Shown here piece after piece: positions 19,515-30,981 of a stretch of DNA of 59,403 nt. Source of the stretch: Sandaracinobacter sp. (GTDB taxonomy: Bacteria; Pseudomonadota; Alphaproteobacteria; Sphingomonadales; Sphingomonadaceae); NCBI GenBank assembly GCA_041749355.1, contig JBGTBK010000224.1, positions 1 to 59,403 on the forward strand, in the 5' to 3' direction. A program made the translations under genes and the position numbers. How positions within the stretch are numbered: position 1 is the first letter of the stretch; each line of letters begins with the position of its first letter. Under the pieces are notes generated by a model. The model did no database searches. It worked only from the letters and a program-made list of their open reading frames with translations, and had not been told where the DNA came from.

Positions 19515-21157
19515 AGCGCCGGCAGGCTGACCCGGAACAGGCTTCCTTGCCCGCCATCGGGACGGTCGGTCACTTCGATCCGCCCATCCATGACCTCGAC
19601 AATCGAGCGCGCGATCGACAGGCCCAGTCCGCTATGCTGGCCATATTCCTGGCCTTCGGTGCGTTCGGAATAGAAGCGCTCGAAAATGGCGTCGCGAGCT
19701 TCGGGCGGAACGCCCGGGCCACTGTCGGAAACTTCGATATCGACCAGTCCATCGCGCCGGGCGACAGATACTTCCACAATGCCGCCCTCGCCCGAAAAGC
19801 TGATCGCATTGTCGATCAGATTGTTCAGCACCTGAGCCAGCCGGTCGGAATCCGCGTGAACCATCGCTGCGCCTGGTTCGGGCACGCGCAGCTCGAACTG
19901 CACGCCTCGCCGGGCGGGCCCGCCGGCTGTGTAGGCTGCAACCAGCCCTCGCGCCAGCCGGGCAACGTCGACCGGCTGAAAGCGGGTTCGCGACAGTTCG
20001 GCATCCAGACGGGAGGCAGCGGCGATGTCTGTGATAAGACGGTCTATCCGCCGGACATCCTCTTCGATCAGGCCGAACAGCTGGGCGCGCGCGTCTGCAT
20101 CCTTCACGCTGCCAAGTGCCTCGACTGCGCTGCGGAGGCTGGCAAGCGGGTTTTTGAGCTCGTGCGCCACATCGGCGGCGAAGGCCTCTGTCGCATCGAT
20201 TCGCTGCCGAAGCGCAGCAGTCATGTCGGCAACCGCCCGGGCAAGGCCGCCGATCTCATCGCGCCGGTGCGGCAGCCGAGGCACAACCACGTCGCGCTGG
20301 CGCCCCAGCCTGACGCGGTGGGCTGCAAATGCCAGCTGGCGAAGGGGCACCACGATCGTGCGCGCCAGATAGATGCTGAGGGCAAGCGAGAACAGCAGCA
20401 CTACCAGGAACACGAGGAACGAAGACAGCCGCTCGCGCCGAACCAGATCGATGACATCCGGCGTATCGACCGTGAGCAAGACCACGGCGGGCAGCCCGGA
20501 TCCGTCAGACGGCACGGGCACGGCTGCCTGCAGCACCACAAGCCGGTCTGCGGTCTGCCGGGCGGCAGTCACCGGCTGGCCGCTGCGGGCCGCCTCTCCC
20601 ACTTCGGTCCAGGCCAGCGCACTGTCCACCTTCGGTTCGGCAAAAGGCGGCAGTTCGGTCTGCCCGGTCAGAAAATCGGTCCCCCGGTCGATCAGGATCG
20701 CACTCTCGCGCCGAAAGCCGGCTGTCGTCGGATCCTCCAGCTCGAAGCGGGTGACCTTCGGGTTGCGCCAATTGTCAGCAATGAGCCTGCCGCCGGAATC
20801 ATAGAGACGAACGCGGGTGCCGCGTGGGCTGGAGATATCCTGAATGGCCGCCGGCCCCGTCTCGAGACCCTGATTCTGCAGGAACTGCGCCATGATGTCG
20901 CCTTGGCGAAGCAACTCCTGCTCGCGGGTTTCAAGCAAGCGGCTGCGAAAACCCTCAATGTAGAAGAGCGCGCCGGCCAGCGCGAGAATCGCCACAAGGT
21001 TCACCAGGAGGATGCGGGTGCCGAGCGACGACCAGCCGACGAACCGCGGCACCGTGCCGCTGCGCCTGGCAGCACGGGCGGCGTCCCGACGCGCAGCCTC
21101 GACGATGGCAGAGGCGTCGTTCACCTGCGGCTGCCTGGCAGCATGGCAGCCACTCAC
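19511..21157 (-). CDS. chvG: ChvG/ExoS-like sensor histidine kinase
   Basis: Two TM segments, HAMP domain, [12 protein letters not shown]-box, [20 protein letters not shown]. Start uncertain. Confidence 0.88.
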   Translation of the reverse strand: MSGCHAARQPQVNDASAIVEAARRDAARAARRSGTVPRFVGWSSLGTRILLVNLVAILALAGALFYIEGFRSRLLETREQELLRQGDIMAQFLQNQGLETGPAAIQDISSPRGTRVRLYDSGGRLIADNWRNPKVTRFELEDPTTAGFRRESAILIDRGTDFLTGQTELPPFAEPKVDSALAWTEVGEAARSGQPVTAARQTADRLVVLQAAVPVPSDGSGLPAVVLLTVDTPDVIDLVRRERLSSFLVFLVVLLFSLALSIYLARTIVVPLRQLAFAAHRVRLGRQRDVVVPRLPHRRDEIGGLARAVADMTAALRQRIDATEAFAADVAHELKNPLASLRSAVEALGSVKDADARAQLFGLIEEDVRRIDRLITDIAAASRLDAELSRTRFQPVDVARLARGLVAAYTAGGPARRGVQFELRVPEPGAAMVHADSDRLAQVLNNLIDNAISFSGEGGIVEVSVARRDGLVDIEVSDSGPGVPPEARDAIFERFYSERTEGQEYGQHSGLGLSIARSIVEVMDGRIEVTDRPDGGQGSLFRVSLPAL

Positions 21158-21876
21158 TCTTCCTCGTCGAAGCGGTAGCCGACGCCGTAGAGCGTTTCGA
21201 TTGCCTTGAATTCGCTGTCGACTGCCCGAAACTTCTTTCGCAAGCGCTTGATATGGCTGTCGATGGTGCGGTCATCGACATAGCTGTCATGGGCATAGGC
21301 CACGTCCATCAGCTGGTCGCGCGACTTCACGAAACCGGGGCGCTGCGCCAACGCATCCAGGATCAGGAACTCCGTGACCGTCAGCGGGACGTCGCGCCCG
21401 CCCCAGCGCACCCGGTGGCGGGCCGGATCCATCACCAGCTTGCCGCGAATGATCGGCTCGGCAGGCACCTCATCGGGTTCGTCTTCGCTGCTGCGCCGAC
21501 TGGCCGTGCGGCGCAACACAGCCCGGATGCGTTCGATCAGCAACCGCTGACTGAACGGCTTCCCGATATAGTCGTCCGCCCCCATCGCAAGGCCCAAGGC
21601 CTCGTCGATCTCGGTGTCCTTCGATGTCAGGAAGATCACCGGCAGGTCAGACTTCTCGCGCAGCCGACGCAGCATCTCCATCCCGTCCATTCGGGGCATC
21701 TTGATGTCCACAACGGCCAGATCCGGCGGATTTTCCAGAAGCGCCTTCAGCCCGGCCGCACCGTCGGCATAGACACGGGTGGTAAAGCCCTCGGCCTGCA
21801 GCGCAAGGCTGACAGATGTCAGGATGTTGCGGTCGTCGTCGACCAGCGCCACGGTTGGCGCACCGGCCGAGGTCAT
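21154..21876 (-). CDS. chvI: ChvI-like OmpR family response regulator
   Basis: [19 protein letters not shown] and [15 protein letters not shown] motifs; divergent from pckA. ATG at 21876. Confidence 0.92.
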   Translation of the reverse strand: MTSAGAPTVALVDDDRNILTSVSLALQAEGFTTRVYADGAAGLKALLENPPDLAVVDIKMPRMDGMEMLRRLREKSDLPVIFLTSKDTEIDEALGLAMGADDYIGKPFSQRLLIERIRAVLRRTASRRSSEDEPDEVPAEPIIRGKLVMDPARHRVRWGGRDVPLTVTEFLILDALAQRPGFVKSRDQLMDVAYAHDSYVDDRTIDSHIKRLRKKFRAVDSEFKAIETLYGVGYRFDEEE

Positions 21877-22042
21877 CGCGCCAGGGGCCTTGCTGTTGAA
21901 GCCGGGATTTCCGATCCCGCACCCGTCCGGATTGCTGCACGCTCTGTCATGCGGGTGGTGTATAGCTGCTAACGCTTCCTGTTCCAAAGGTTCATGCATC
22001 TGGTGCTTCACACAGCATGGCAGCTGCGATAGGGGGACTGCT

Positions 22043-22054
22043 GCATACGTATGC
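22043..22054. promoter_or_regulatory. LacI-type operator upstream of pckA (perfect palindrome GCATACGTATGC)
   Basis: Perfect 12-bp palindrome with central CG, about 100 bp upstream of pckA. Matches the site next to the LacI gene (52713-52724) at 11/12 positions. Confidence 0.7.
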
Positions 22055-22151
22055 GGAGCCAACCATGCATCAGGGACATGGCTGGATCGGAAGTTTCAGC
22101 GGCGTGCGCCACAGGGGGGCACAGCCCCGATCGAACGAAGGGAATCGACTG

Positions 22152-23747
22152 GTGGGATCAACGACCGGCACTGCACTGCAGGATCTGGGCCTCAAGGCAG
22201 GCGCAACCGTTCATGCGAACCTTGGTACGGCTCCGCTGATCGAGCTGGCTGTGAACCGCGGCGAAGGCATGCTGTCGAAGGACGGCGCCTTCGTGGTCGA
22301 AACCGGCAAGCACACCGGCCGCTCCGCGAACGACAAGTTCACCGTCAAGGACGCCGAGACCGAATCCACCGTCTGGTGGGGCAAGTCGAACAAGCCGATG
22401 GACCCGGCCCATTTCGCAGCGCTCAAGGCCGACTTCCTGGCCGCGCTCGCCGAAAAGGACACGCTGTTCGTGCAGCAGCTGTTCGGCGGTTCCCAGTCGG
22501 AATACCGGGTGAACGTCCGGGTCGTCACCGAATTTGCCTGGCACTCGCTGTTCATCCGCACCCTGCTTGTGCGGCCGACGGCTGCTGACCTGGCCGACTT
22601 CGCGGCCGAATACACCATTATCGATCTGCCCAGTTTCAAGGCCGATCCGGCCCGGCATGGCTGCCGGTCGGAAACCGTGGTCGCAGTCAACTTCACCGAA
22701 AAGCTCATCCTGATCGGCGGCACCCGCTATGCCGGTGAGATGAAGAAGTCGGTGTTCGGAATCCTGAACTACCTGCTGCCCACCAAGGGCGTCATGCCGA
22801 TGCACTGTTCGGCCAATATCGGGCCGGACGGCGACACGGCCGTCTTCTTCGGCCTGTCTGGCACCGGCAAGACCACGCTGTCGGCCGACGCCAGCCGGAC
22901 GCTCATCGGCGACGACGAGCATGGCTGGTCTGATACCGCCGTCTTCAACTTCGAAGGCGGCTGCTATGCCAAGATGATCCGCCTCTCGCCCACGGCCGAA
23001 CCGGAAATCTACGCCACCACCAAGCGCTTCGGCACGGTGCTGGAGAATGTGGTGATCGACCCTGCCACGCGCGAGATCGATCTCGACGACAACAGTCTCG
23101 CCGAGAACAGCCGCGGCTCCTACCCGATCGAGTTCATTCCCAACGCCAGCGCCGACAATCTGGGCCCGGTGCCGCGCAACATCATCATGCTGACGGCCGA
23201 CGCCTTCGGCATCCTGCCGCCGATCGCCCGCCTTTCGCCCGACCAAGCGATGTACCACTTCCTCTCGGGCTACACAGCGCGCGTGGCCGGAACGGAAATC
23301 GGGGTGACCGAACCCGATGCCACCTTCTCCACCTGCTTCGGGGCGCCCTTCATGCCGCGTCACCCATCCGTCTATGGCAATTTGCTGAAGGAGCGGATCG
23401 CCAAGGGCGGGGTGGACTGCTGGCTGGTCAACACCGGCTGGACCGGTGGCCAGTATGGCACCGGCAGCCGCATGCCGATCAAGGTGACGCGCGCACTGCT
23501 GAACGCCGCGCTCGACGGCAGCCTGAAATCGGCCGAGTTCCGCAAGGACCCCTTCTTCGGCTTCGCGGTGCCGGTGTCCGTGCCGGGCGTCGATTCGAAT
23601 ATCCTCGACCCGCGCGCGACCTGGCCTTCGCCCGAAGCCTATGACGCCAAGGCCAACGCACTGGTGAAGATGTTCGTGGAGAACTTCGCCCAGTTCGAGG
23701 ACCATGTGGAGCAAGGCGTGCGCGAAGCCGCCCCCCGCGCGGCATAG
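22152..23747 (+). CDS. pckA: Phosphoenolpyruvate carboxykinase (ATP)
   Basis: [49 protein letters not shown] start at 22152 inferred. Confidence 0.96.
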   Translation: MGSTTGTALQDLGLKAGATVHANLGTAPLIELAVNRGEGMLSKDGAFVVETGKHTGRSANDKFTVKDAETESTVWWGKSNKPMDPAHFAALKADFLAALAEKDTLFVQQLFGGSQSEYRVNVRVVTEFAWHSLFIRTLLVRPTAADLADFAAEYTIIDLPSFKADPARHGCRSETVVAVNFTEKLILIGGTRYAGEMKKSVFGILNYLLPTKGVMPMHCSANIGPDGDTAVFFGLSGTGKTTLSADASRTLIGDDEHGWSDTAVFNFEGGCYAKMIRLSPTAEPEIYATTKRFGTVLENVVIDPATREIDLDDNSLAENSRGSYPIEFIPNASADNLGPVPRNIIMLTADAFGILPPIARLSPDQAMYHFLSGYTARVAGTEIGVTEPDATFSTCFGAPFMPRHPSVYGNLLKERIAKGGVDCWLVNTGWTGGQYGTGSRMPIKVTRALLNAALDGSLKSAEFRKDPFFGFAVPVSVPGVDSNILDPRATWPSPEAYDAKANALVKMFVENFAQFEDHVEQGVREAAPRAA

Positions 23748-23767
23748 CCGCGCAGACGTCAGGGTCG

Positions 23768-24274
23768 GTGCCACCTGAGGTGACGTCCGGGGCGGAGCAC
23801 TTTCCGCCCCGGCTCTACGGGACGTACGAGGAAGTCCGGCGCATCGCCGCCGGGCTTCTTTCGCGCAGCCTGCCCCGCCCGGTATGGACCCATGAGGGTC
23901 ATCTGGCAGCCGTCTCCGTCCTGCTGATCGAGCATCCAGAAATCCCTCTAGAACAAGAGCTTCCAGCGATCATCTCATCCTACAACGAAGCAGTCGGCGG
24001 CGTGAACGACGACACCCAAGGCTATCATGAGACGCTCACCCAGTTCTGGATTGCCAATGCGCGGTCCTTCCACGCCGGAAATCCCCGAGGCCCGCTGGTC
24101 GAACGCATCAACGCGTTCATTGCTTCGCCGGCCGGCAGGCGCGATGCGGCCCTGCGCCATTTCAGCCCGGGTCGTCTGTTTTCGGTTGAAGCGCGGCGCC
24201 GGCTGGTAGAACCAGACCTGATGGACTTTCCGTGGAACACAGCCTCGCATGACGCGCCAGCGCCGCAGCTCTGA
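23768..24274 (+). CDS. Hypothetical protein
   Basis: 168-aa ORF filling the pckA to J-protein gap, co-oriented; contains WTHEGHL and GYHETLT segments. Confidence 0.7.
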   Translation: MPPEVTSGAEHFPPRLYGTYEEVRRIAAGLLSRSLPRPVWTHEGHLAAVSVLLIEHPEIPLEQELPAIISSYNEAVGGVNDDTQGYHETLTQFWIANARSFHAGNPRGPLVERINAFIASPAGRRDAALRHFSPGRLFSVEARRRLVEPDLMDFPWNTASHDAPAPQL

Positions 24275-24803
24275 TTGGGGCTTTCCCCGCTGGCGCCCCT
24301 ATGAGGGCGCCGGAAGGACGCCCGAGGCCCAGCGGCTGTGCGATCGGGCCGGCTGCACCTTGCCCGGCTTATGCCCGGCACCAAAAGCCCCCAACAAGCC
24401 CGACCGCTGGTATTTCTGCGAAGCTCACGCGGCCGAATACAACAGGGGCTGGAACTATTTCGACGCGCTGAGCGAGGAAGAAGCCGCAGCCCAGGAAGCC
24501 GAGGAACAGCTGGGGGCCCGCGCCTATGAACGGGCGCGCCACTGGCATTGGGGCAGCGGCGACGGAAGCCGCTCCAGGGCGGAACTGGACGCACTTCGGT
24601 TGTTCGACCTTCCGCCGGATGCCGACGAAGCTGCCATAAAGGCCGCTCATCGGAAGATGGCGAAGGAAAACCACCCGGACCTCAATCCGCATGACGCAGA
24701 AGCAGCCCAGCGCTTCCAGGCAGCCCAGGCGGCCTATGAAATCCTCAAATCCGCTGCCGAACTCCGGGCAGATTCGCTTGCCAAGGGGTCTGCTGCTCCA
24801 TAG
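24249..24803 (+). CDS. J-domain (DnaJ-like) protein
   Basis: C-terminal J domain with HPD (KENHPDLN); N-terminal Cys/His motif CDRAGC...FCEAH. Confidence 0.88.
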   Translation: MTRQRRSSDWGFPRWRPYEGAGRTPEAQRLCDRAGCTLPGLCPAPKAPNKPDRWYFCEAHAAEYNRGWNYFDALSEEEAAAQEAEEQLGARAYERARHWHWGSGDGSRSRAELDALRLFDLPPDADEAAIKAAHRKMAKENHPDLNPHDAEAAQRFQAAQAAYEILKSAAELRADSLAKGSAAP

Positions 24804-24816
24804 GCCCTCGGCTTTG

Positions 24817-25797
24817 ATGTCGGATGTCTTCAGCACCCTTGCCTCGCCGGTAATCCTGTTCTTCGTGCTGGGGGCGATTGCCTCCTTCGCGCGCTCGGAC
24901 CTGTCGATCCCTGAAAGCGTCTCCAAGGGCATGTCGCTCTATCTGATGGCTGCAATCGGCCTCAAGGGCGGGGTGGAGGTTTCGGCGGCCGGCTTCAACA
25001 GCCAGATGCTGGTCACCGGGCTTGCCGGGATCATCCTCAGCTTCGCCCTTCCCTTCGTCGGCTTCCAGCTGCTTCGCCGGATCGGCGGTCTCAACACCGT
25101 GAACGCGGGTGCAGTTGCCGCCCACTATGGCTCGGTCTCGGTTGTCACCTTCGTGACCGGCGTTGCCGTGCTGCAGGCCAGCGGCACGGCACCGGCCGGC
25201 TGGATGGTTGCCGTCCTTGCGCTCATGGAAACGCCAGCCATCATCGCAGGGCTTCTACTCGCCCGAGGCTCCCTTTCGGGGCTGGGCCGCACCGAAAATG
25301 CCGAAGGCTTCGGCCAGCACAGCGTATGGCGCGAAGTGTTGCTGAACGGGCCGGTCGTGCTGCTGGTCGGCTCCTTCCTGATCGGCATGATCGCCGGCAA
25401 GTCGGGTTATCAGCCGGTCTCCTTCTTCTTCACCGATCTGTTCCGCGGCGTGCTCTGCCTGTTCCTGCTCGACATGGGCCTGATCGCTGCCCGGCGCCTT
25501 CGCGAGGCGCGCAGCCTCACCGTCGCGCTGGCCTTGCTCGCGGTGCTCATCCCAGTCGTCAACGCAAGTATCGGGCTTCTGGCCTGCTATCTGATCGGCC
25601 TGAGCGGTGGAACAGCTGCCGCATTCCTCATCCTGTGCGCCTCTGCCAGCTATATCGCGGTGCCTGCGGCCATGCGGCTTGCGCTGCCAGACGCCGACGC
25701 CGGCCTCTATCTGGCGATGAGCCTCGCGATCACATTTCCGTTCAACATCATCGTGGGTATTCCCTTGTACGCCTGGGCAGTGCACATGCTGGCCTGA
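24817..25797 (+). CDS. Sodium-dependent bicarbonate transporter family permease (SbtA-like/DUF897)
   Basis: About 10 hydrophobic segments; AIGLKGG, AAHYGSVSVVTF, LFLLDMG, SASYIAVPAAMR, ITFPFNI. ATG at 24817. Confidence 0.85.
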   Translation: MSDVFSTLASPVILFFVLGAIASFARSDLSIPESVSKGMSLYLMAAIGLKGGVEVSAAGFNSQMLVTGLAGIILSFALPFVGFQLLRRIGGLNTVNAGAVAAHYGSVSVVTFVTGVAVLQASGTAPAGWMVAVLALMETPAIIAGLLLARGSLSGLGRTENAEGFGQHSVWREVLLNGPVVLLVGSFLIGMIAGKSGYQPVSFFFTDLFRGVLCLFLLDMGLIAARRLREARSLTVALALLAVLIPVVNASIGLLACYLIGLSGGTAAAFLILCASASYIAVPAAMRLALPDADAGLYLAMSLAITFPFNIIVGIPLYAWAVHMLA

Positions 25798-26441
25798 TGC
25801 CAGAGTTTGCTGCCCTTATCGAAGGCTACCGCCGCTTCCGCCTCGGGTCCTACCGCGAACAGCGTGAACGCTATGACCGCCTGGCCCAGGGCCAGGCCCC
25901 CAAGGTCATGGTGATTGCCTGCTCGGACAGTCGGGTCGATCCCACGCGCGTGTTCGACGCGGAACCCGGCCAGATGTTCGTGCTCCGCAACATCGCGAAC
26001 CTCGTGCCGCCGCTCTCGGCCATCCAGGGGCAGTCCAGCGTCGCCGCGGCCCTAGAATATGCCGTCACCGGCATAGAGGTGCACCACATCGTCGTGTTTG
26101 GCCACGCCCGCTGCGGCGGGATCGCAGCTGCCCTTGCCGGCAGTTTCGACAATCCGGTCGCCGGCAAGCATGTGCATGCCTGGATGGAGTTCATTGCACC
26201 CGCCCGCGACGCCGTGAAGGCTGCTGCCGCCCTCTCCCCGGACATTGATGCGCAAAGGGCACTGGAACAGGCCGGTGTTCGCCTGAGCGTCGACAATCTG
26301 CGAACCTACCCTTTCGTCGCCGAAGCCGAGAAGAGCGGTGCGCTCAAAGTCCATGGCGTGCTGTTCGACATCGCCGAAGGCGCGCTTCGGGTGCTCGACA
26401 GGGCGACCGGCCAGTTTCAGCCGGTTGCTGTCGACTTCTAG
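25797..26441 (+). CDS. Beta-class carbonic anhydrase
   Basis: CSDSR and HARCGG zinc-ligand motifs, RNIANLVP. TGATG overlap with the upstream transporter. Confidence 0.93.
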   Translation: MPEFAALIEGYRRFRLGSYREQRERYDRLAQGQAPKVMVIACSDSRVDPTRVFDAEPGQMFVLRNIANLVPPLSAIQGQSSVAAALEYAVTGIEVHHIVVFGHARCGGIAAALAGSFDNPVAGKHVHAWMEFIAPARDAVKAAAALSPDIDAQRALEQAGVRLSVDNLRTYPFVAEAEKSGALKVHGVLFDIAEGALRVLDRATGQFQPVAVDF

Positions 26442-26473
26442 ACCAACCCCGTCTGTCGGCCGGATCGGGTCCG

Positions 26474-26986
26474 TCAGCCCTTCTGCATGTAGACGACATC
26501 TAGCAGGCGACCGAACTTCTCGCCCACTTGCGTCAAAGTGCCGACATGCCGGAACCCCAGGCTGGAATGCAGCGCAATCGAGCCCTGATTCGCACTGTCG
26601 CCGATTACCGCAACATATTGACGGAACCCGACAATCCGGCCCGCATCCAGCAGCGCAAGCATCAACCGTTTGCCGATCCCCCTGCCCCGCTGCCCATCTG
26701 CAACATACACACTCGTCTCGGCGGAATGGCGATAGGCCGCCCGGTCGCGGAACTGGTTCAGATAGGCATAGCCAAGGATCGCCCCGTCATTGTCTTCGGC
26801 CACCAGCCAGGGCCAGCCCTTGTCGAGGCATCGCGAGATCCGACGCGCCATTTCCGCCTGCCCGGGGGGCTCGGTCTCGAAACTGGCCGTGCCATACGCC
26901 ACTTGGCGGTCGTAGATCGCCGCGCAGCCGACAGCGTCCGAAAGAACGGCCGGGCGAATGCGCTCAGTAATGGAGGGCGCGTCCAT
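26474..26986 (-). CDS. GNAT N-acetyltransferase (phosphinothricin acetyltransferase/YncA-like)
   Basis: TASFE, QRGRGIG, N..SIALH..LGF and VGEKFG motifs. Confidence 0.85.
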   Translation of the reverse strand: MDAPSITERIRPAVLSDAVGCAAIYDRQVAYGTASFETEPPGQAEMARRISRCLDKGWPWLVAEDNDGAILGYAYLNQFRDRAAYRHSAETSVYVADGQRGRGIGKRLMLALLDAGRIVGFRQYVAVIGDSANQGSIALHSSLGFRHVGTLTQVGEKFGRLLDVVYMQKG

Positions 26987-28337
26987 AGGCGTCGAGCACG
27001 CTCTCGTGCATCATCTCGCTCAGCGTCGGGTGCGGGAAAATCGTCGCCATAAGCTCGGCTTCCGTCGCCTCGCACTGCCGCGCAATCACATAGCCCTGGA
27101 TCAGCTCGGTCACCTCCGCACCGACCATGTGGGCACCAAGCAAGGCGCCGGTCTTCGCGTCGAACACCGTCTTCACCAACCCCTCGGCCTCGCCAAGCGC
27201 GATGGCCTTGCCATTGCCGATGAAAGGGAATTTCCCCACCTTCACCTCAAGTCCGGCTTCCTTCGCCTTGGCCTCCGTCAGGCCAACCGAGGCCACCTGC
27301 GGGCGGGAATAGGTGCAACCCGGGATGTTGGACTTGTCCATCGGATGGGCATGGGGAACACCGGCGATCTTCTCCACCGCAACAATGCCTTCGTGGCTCG
27401 CCTTGTGGGCAAGCCAGGGCGCACCCGTCACGTCGCCGATGGCCCAGAGACCCGGCACATTCGTCCGGCCCCATTCGTCTGTCACGATATGGCCGCGGTC
27501 AGTCTGAACCCCAAGCGCCTCTAGGCCCAAATTTTCGGTGTTGGGCGAAATGCCGATCGCGATGATGACATGGCTGAAGGCCTGCGGCTCTCCGTTGATG
27601 GTGGCCGTCACGCAATCAGCCTTCACCTCCAGCTTCTCGACCGCCGCTTTGGTACGGATCGTCATTCCCTGTTTTTTCAGGGATTTGTCCATGAAAGCGG
27701 AGATTTCCTCATCTTCCACTGGCAGGATCCTGTCCAGCATCTCCACGATGGTAACCTTGGCGCCCATATTGTTGTAGAAACTGGCGAATTCCACACCAAT
27801 CGCGCCGGAACCAATCACCAGAAGTTCGGTCGGCATCGCTGGCGGCACCATGGCATGGCGGTAGGTCCAGACCCGCTCGCCATCTGCCTTGAGATGGGGA
27901 AGCTCCCGCGCCCGCGCACCCGTTGCAACAAGCACATTCTTCGCAGCCAATGTGCGCTCACCCACCCGAACCGAAGTGGCGGAGGCCAGGGTCGCAACAC
28001 CCTCCACCACCGTCACCTTGTTCTTCTTCATAAGGCCTTTCACGCCGGAATTCAGCTGGTTGGCGACCTTCCTTGAACGCTCGGTCACCTTGGCAAGATC
28101 GAACCCGATATCACCAGCCGAAAGCCCGTAGGCTGAGGCATGGTCCATGTAGTGCTTGATTTCCGACGACCGCAGCAACGCCTTTGTTGGAATGCAGCCC
28201 CAGTTGAGACAGATGCCTCCAAGCCGCTCCCGCTCGACGATGGCCACAGTCAGGCCAAGTTGCGAAGCCCGGATTGCAGCAACATAGCCGCCCGGCCCGG
28301 AGCCGATGACAACAAGATCGAACTGTTCCGTGCTCAT
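26964..28337 (-). CDS. lpdA: Dihydrolipoamide dehydrogenase (E3)
   Basis: [20 protein letters not shown] and HPTLSE motifs. Confidence 0.96.
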   Translation of the reverse strand: MSTEQFDLVVIGSGPGGYVAAIRASQLGLTVAIVERERLGGICLNWGCIPTKALLRSSEIKHYMDHASAYGLSAGDIGFDLAKVTERSRKVANQLNSGVKGLMKKNKVTVVEGVATLASATSVRVGERTLAAKNVLVATGARARELPHLKADGERVWTYRHAMVPPAMPTELLVIGSGAIGVEFASFYNNMGAKVTIVEMLDRILPVEDEEISAFMDKSLKKQGMTIRTKAAVEKLEVKADCVTATINGEPQAFSHVIIAIGISPNTENLGLEALGVQTDRGHIVTDEWGRTNVPGLWAIGDVTGAPWLAHKASHEGIVAVEKIAGVPHAHPMDKSNIPGCTYSRPQVASVGLTEAKAKEAGLEVKVGKFPFIGNGKAIALGEAEGLVKTVFDAKTGALLGAHMVGAEVTELIQGYVIARQCEATEAELMATIFPHPTLSEMMHESVLDAYGRALHY

Positions 28338-29605
28338 GCCAGCATCCCCATAGGGTTCTCGACCAGAACCTTGAAGACGCTCATGAATTCCGCGCCAACA
28401 GCCCCGTCGATCGCGCGATGGTCGAAGCTGCCCGTGGCCGACATCACCGTCGCGATCGCAAGCGCGTCGTTCACCACATAGGGCCGCTTCTCGCCCGCAC
28501 CGACAGCCAGGATAAGCCCTTCCGGTGGGTTGATGACGGCGTCGAACTGCTTTATTCCGAACATGCCCAGGTTCGAGATGCTCGCCGTGCCACCGCTATA
28601 CTCAGGCGGCTGCAACTTGCCCTCCTTGGCCCGCGCAGCAAGATCCTTCATCTCGGTAGCAATCTTCGAGAGCGGCTTGTTCGCGGCATCCCGGATCACA
28701 GGCGTGATCAGACCACCCGGAATGGCAACCGCGACCGAAATGTCAGCCCGGCTGAACCTGCGCAGGGAGTCGCCCGCGAAGCTGACGTTTGCATCCGGCA
28801 CCTGCACCAGGGCAAGGCCCTGCGCCTTCACCAGCATGTCGTTCACGCTCAACTTTATACTACGCGATTCCAATGCTTTGTTAAGCTCGGCTCGCAGTTT
28901 CAACAAGGCATCAAGCTGCACATCCACCGTCAGATAGAAGTGCGGCACAGTCTGCTTCGATTCGGTCAGGCGCCGCGCAATCGTCTTGCGCATGTTGCTA
29001 AGCTTCACCGCCTCGAACGGCACGTCCGTTGGCGGCGGCGGTTGCGTGACAGGCACTTGCGGTGCGGAGGCAACCACCACCGGTGCAACTGCCGCTGCGG
29101 GCTGTGAACCCGCAGCAGGCCTGCCGGCCGCCGCTTCCACATCTGCCTTCACGATGCGCCCGTTTGGGCCACTGCCCTTCAACGTCGCCAGATCGATACC
29201 TTGCAGCTGGGCAATGCGCCGAGCAAGCGGGCTCGCAATGTTGCGCGCACCCGCATGTGCAGCTTTAGCGGCCACAGGGGCCGGGGTCTGTGCCGACACA
29301 GGCACTGGATCCGGTGCAGCAGCAACTGGCGCCTTGACCGCAGCCGTCGGCGTCGGCTCTTCATCCTCTCCAGTCAACCGCGCGATGACCGTGTTTACCT
29401 TCACATCCTCGGCGCCCTCGGCAACCAGGATCTCGGCAACCACGCCTTCGTCGACCGCTTCGACTTCCATGGTCGCCTTGTCGGTCTCGATCTCGGCGAT
29501 CACGTCACCGGGCTTCACGGAGTCACCAACCTTGATCAACCACTTGGCCAGCGTTCCGGATTCCATCGTCGGGCTCAGCGCCGGCATGGTGATGTTGATG
29601 GCCAT
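28334..29605 (-). CDS. pdhC: Pyruvate dehydrogenase E2, dihydrolipoamide acetyltransferase
   Basis: Lipoyl domain ETDKA, ASPLARR subunit-binding domain, DHRAIDGA. Confidence 0.95.
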   Translation of the reverse strand: MAINITMPALSPTMESGTLAKWLIKVGDSVKPGDVIAEIETDKATMEVEAVDEGVVAEILVAEGAEDVKVNTVIARLTGEDEEPTPTAAVKAPVAAAPDPVPVSAQTPAPVAAKAAHAGARNIASPLARRIAQLQGIDLATLKGSGPNGRIVKADVEAAAGRPAAGSQPAAAVAPVVVASAPQVPVTQPPPPTDVPFEAVKLSNMRKTIARRLTESKQTVPHFYLTVDVQLDALLKLRAELNKALESRSIKLSVNDMLVKAQGLALVQVPDANVSFAGDSLRRFSRADISVAVAIPGGLITPVIRDAANKPLSKIATEMKDLAARAKEGKLQPPEYSGGTASISNLGMFGIKQFDAVINPPEGLILAVGAGEKRPYVVNDALAIATVMSATGSFDHRAIDGAVGAEFMSVFKVLVENPMGMLA

Positions 29606-29616
29606 TTGTCCGCCCC

Positions 29617-30981
29617 TCAGATGATCGACTTGACGGCGGCGACAACATCGGCCGCCTTCACCAGCGCCGCCTTCTCCAGGTTGTTCGCATAGGGCAGCGG
29701 CACGTCCCGATTGGTCACGCGCAGCACCGGCGCGTCCAGGTCGTCAAAACCCTTTTCCATTGCAATCGCAATGATTTCAGAGGCGATGCTGCAAACAGGC
29801 CAACCCTCCTCCACCACCACCATCCGGTTGGTCTTCTTCAGGCTTGCCAGCACGGCCGCCTCGTCCAGCGGCCGCAGCGATCTTAGGTCCAAAACTTCGC
29901 AACTGACCCCCTCACCTTCCAGCGCCTTCGCTGCTTCCAGCGCAATCCCCACCCCGATGGAGTAGGAAACCAGCGTCACATCCGAACCTTCGCGGTGAAG
30001 CCGCGCCTTGCCGATCGGCACGACATGGTCGCCCCCATCACCGCCGGAAACGGGCACCTCGAAACTTTGCCCGTAAAGCAGCTCATTCTCCAGAAAGACC
30101 ACTGGGTCAGGCGACCGAATCGCAGCCTTCAGCAAGCCCTTCGCATCGGCTGCATCATAGGGCGACAGCACAACCAGCCCCGGAACGCTAGCATACCAGG
30201 GCGCATAATTCTGGCTGTGCTGGGCCCCCACCCGCGAAGCAGCCCCGTTGGGCCCGCGGAACACGATCGGGCAGCGCATCTGCCCACCCGACATATAGTT
30301 GGTCTTTGCAGCTGAATTTATAATATGATCGATGGCTTGCATGGCGAAGTTGAAAGTCATGAATTCCACGATGGGCTTCAATCCGCCCATCGCAGCCCCA
30401 ACACCAAGCCCGGCAAAGCCATATTCCGTGATCGGCGTGTCCACCACGCGGGCGTCGCCAAACTCGTCCAGCAGGCCCTGGGTCACCTTGTAGGCGCCCT
30501 GATACTGGGCCACCTCCTCGCCCATCACGAACACGGTCGGGTCGGCGCGCATTTCCTCGGCCATGGCGTCGCGCAGCGCTTCGCGCACCGTCTGCTTGTT
30601 GGTTGCCGCGCCAAAAACCGCCATCTGGGCCGGTGCTGCAGGCACCGGCGCCGGCACGTCAGCCTTCACGACAGCCAGCTGACTTGTGTCGGCAGCATCG
30701 GCCACAAGGCCGGCTGCTGCCGCCTTGGGTGCCGAAACCTCTTCGCCTTCAATCGCAATCACGGCGATCACGGTGCCAACCTTCACCGCGTCGGTGCCGG
30801 CCGCAACCTCCAGGCTCACCACAGTTCCGCCCTCGTCCGATTCCAGCTCCATCGTCGCCTTGTCGGTTTCGATCTCGGCAATCACCTGGCCGGGCTTCAC
30901 CACATCACCGGGCTTCACAAGCCAGGTCGCAAGTGTGCCCTCTTCCATGGTGGGCGACATCGAAGGAAGCTTCACTTGCAT
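29617..30981 (-). CDS. pdhB: Pyruvate dehydrogenase E1 beta with N-terminal lipoyl domain
   Basis: ETDKATME lipoyl domain plus [16 protein letters not shown] and GAQHSQ. Confidence 0.96.
   Translation of the reverse strand: MQVKLPSMSPTMEEGTLATWLVKPGDVVKPGQVIAEIETDKATMELESDEGGTVVSLEVAAGTDAVKVGTVIAVIAIEGEEVSAPKAAAAGLVADAADTSQLAVVKADVPAPVPAAPAQMAVFGAATNKQTVREALRDAMAEEMRADPTVFVMGEEVAQYQGAYKVTQGLLDEFGDARVVDTPITEYGFAGLGVGAAMGGLKPIVEFMTFNFAMQAIDHIINSAAKTNYMSGGQMRCPIVFRGPNGAASRVGAQHSQNYAPWYASVPGLVVLSPYDAADAKGLLKAAIRSPDPVVFLENELLYGQSFEVPVSGGDGGDHVVPIGKARLHREGSDVTLVSYSIGVGIALEAAKALEGEGVSCEVLDLRSLRPLDEAAVLASLKKTNRMVVVEEGWPVCSIASEIIAIAMEKGFDDLDAPVLRVTNRDVPLPYANNLEKAALVKAADVVAAVKSII

Noticed and set aside
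29390-30981. Similar sequence at the 5' ends of pdhC and pdhB
   Set aside because: These are homologous lipoyl domains; a lipoylated E1-beta is normal in Alphaproteobacteria.
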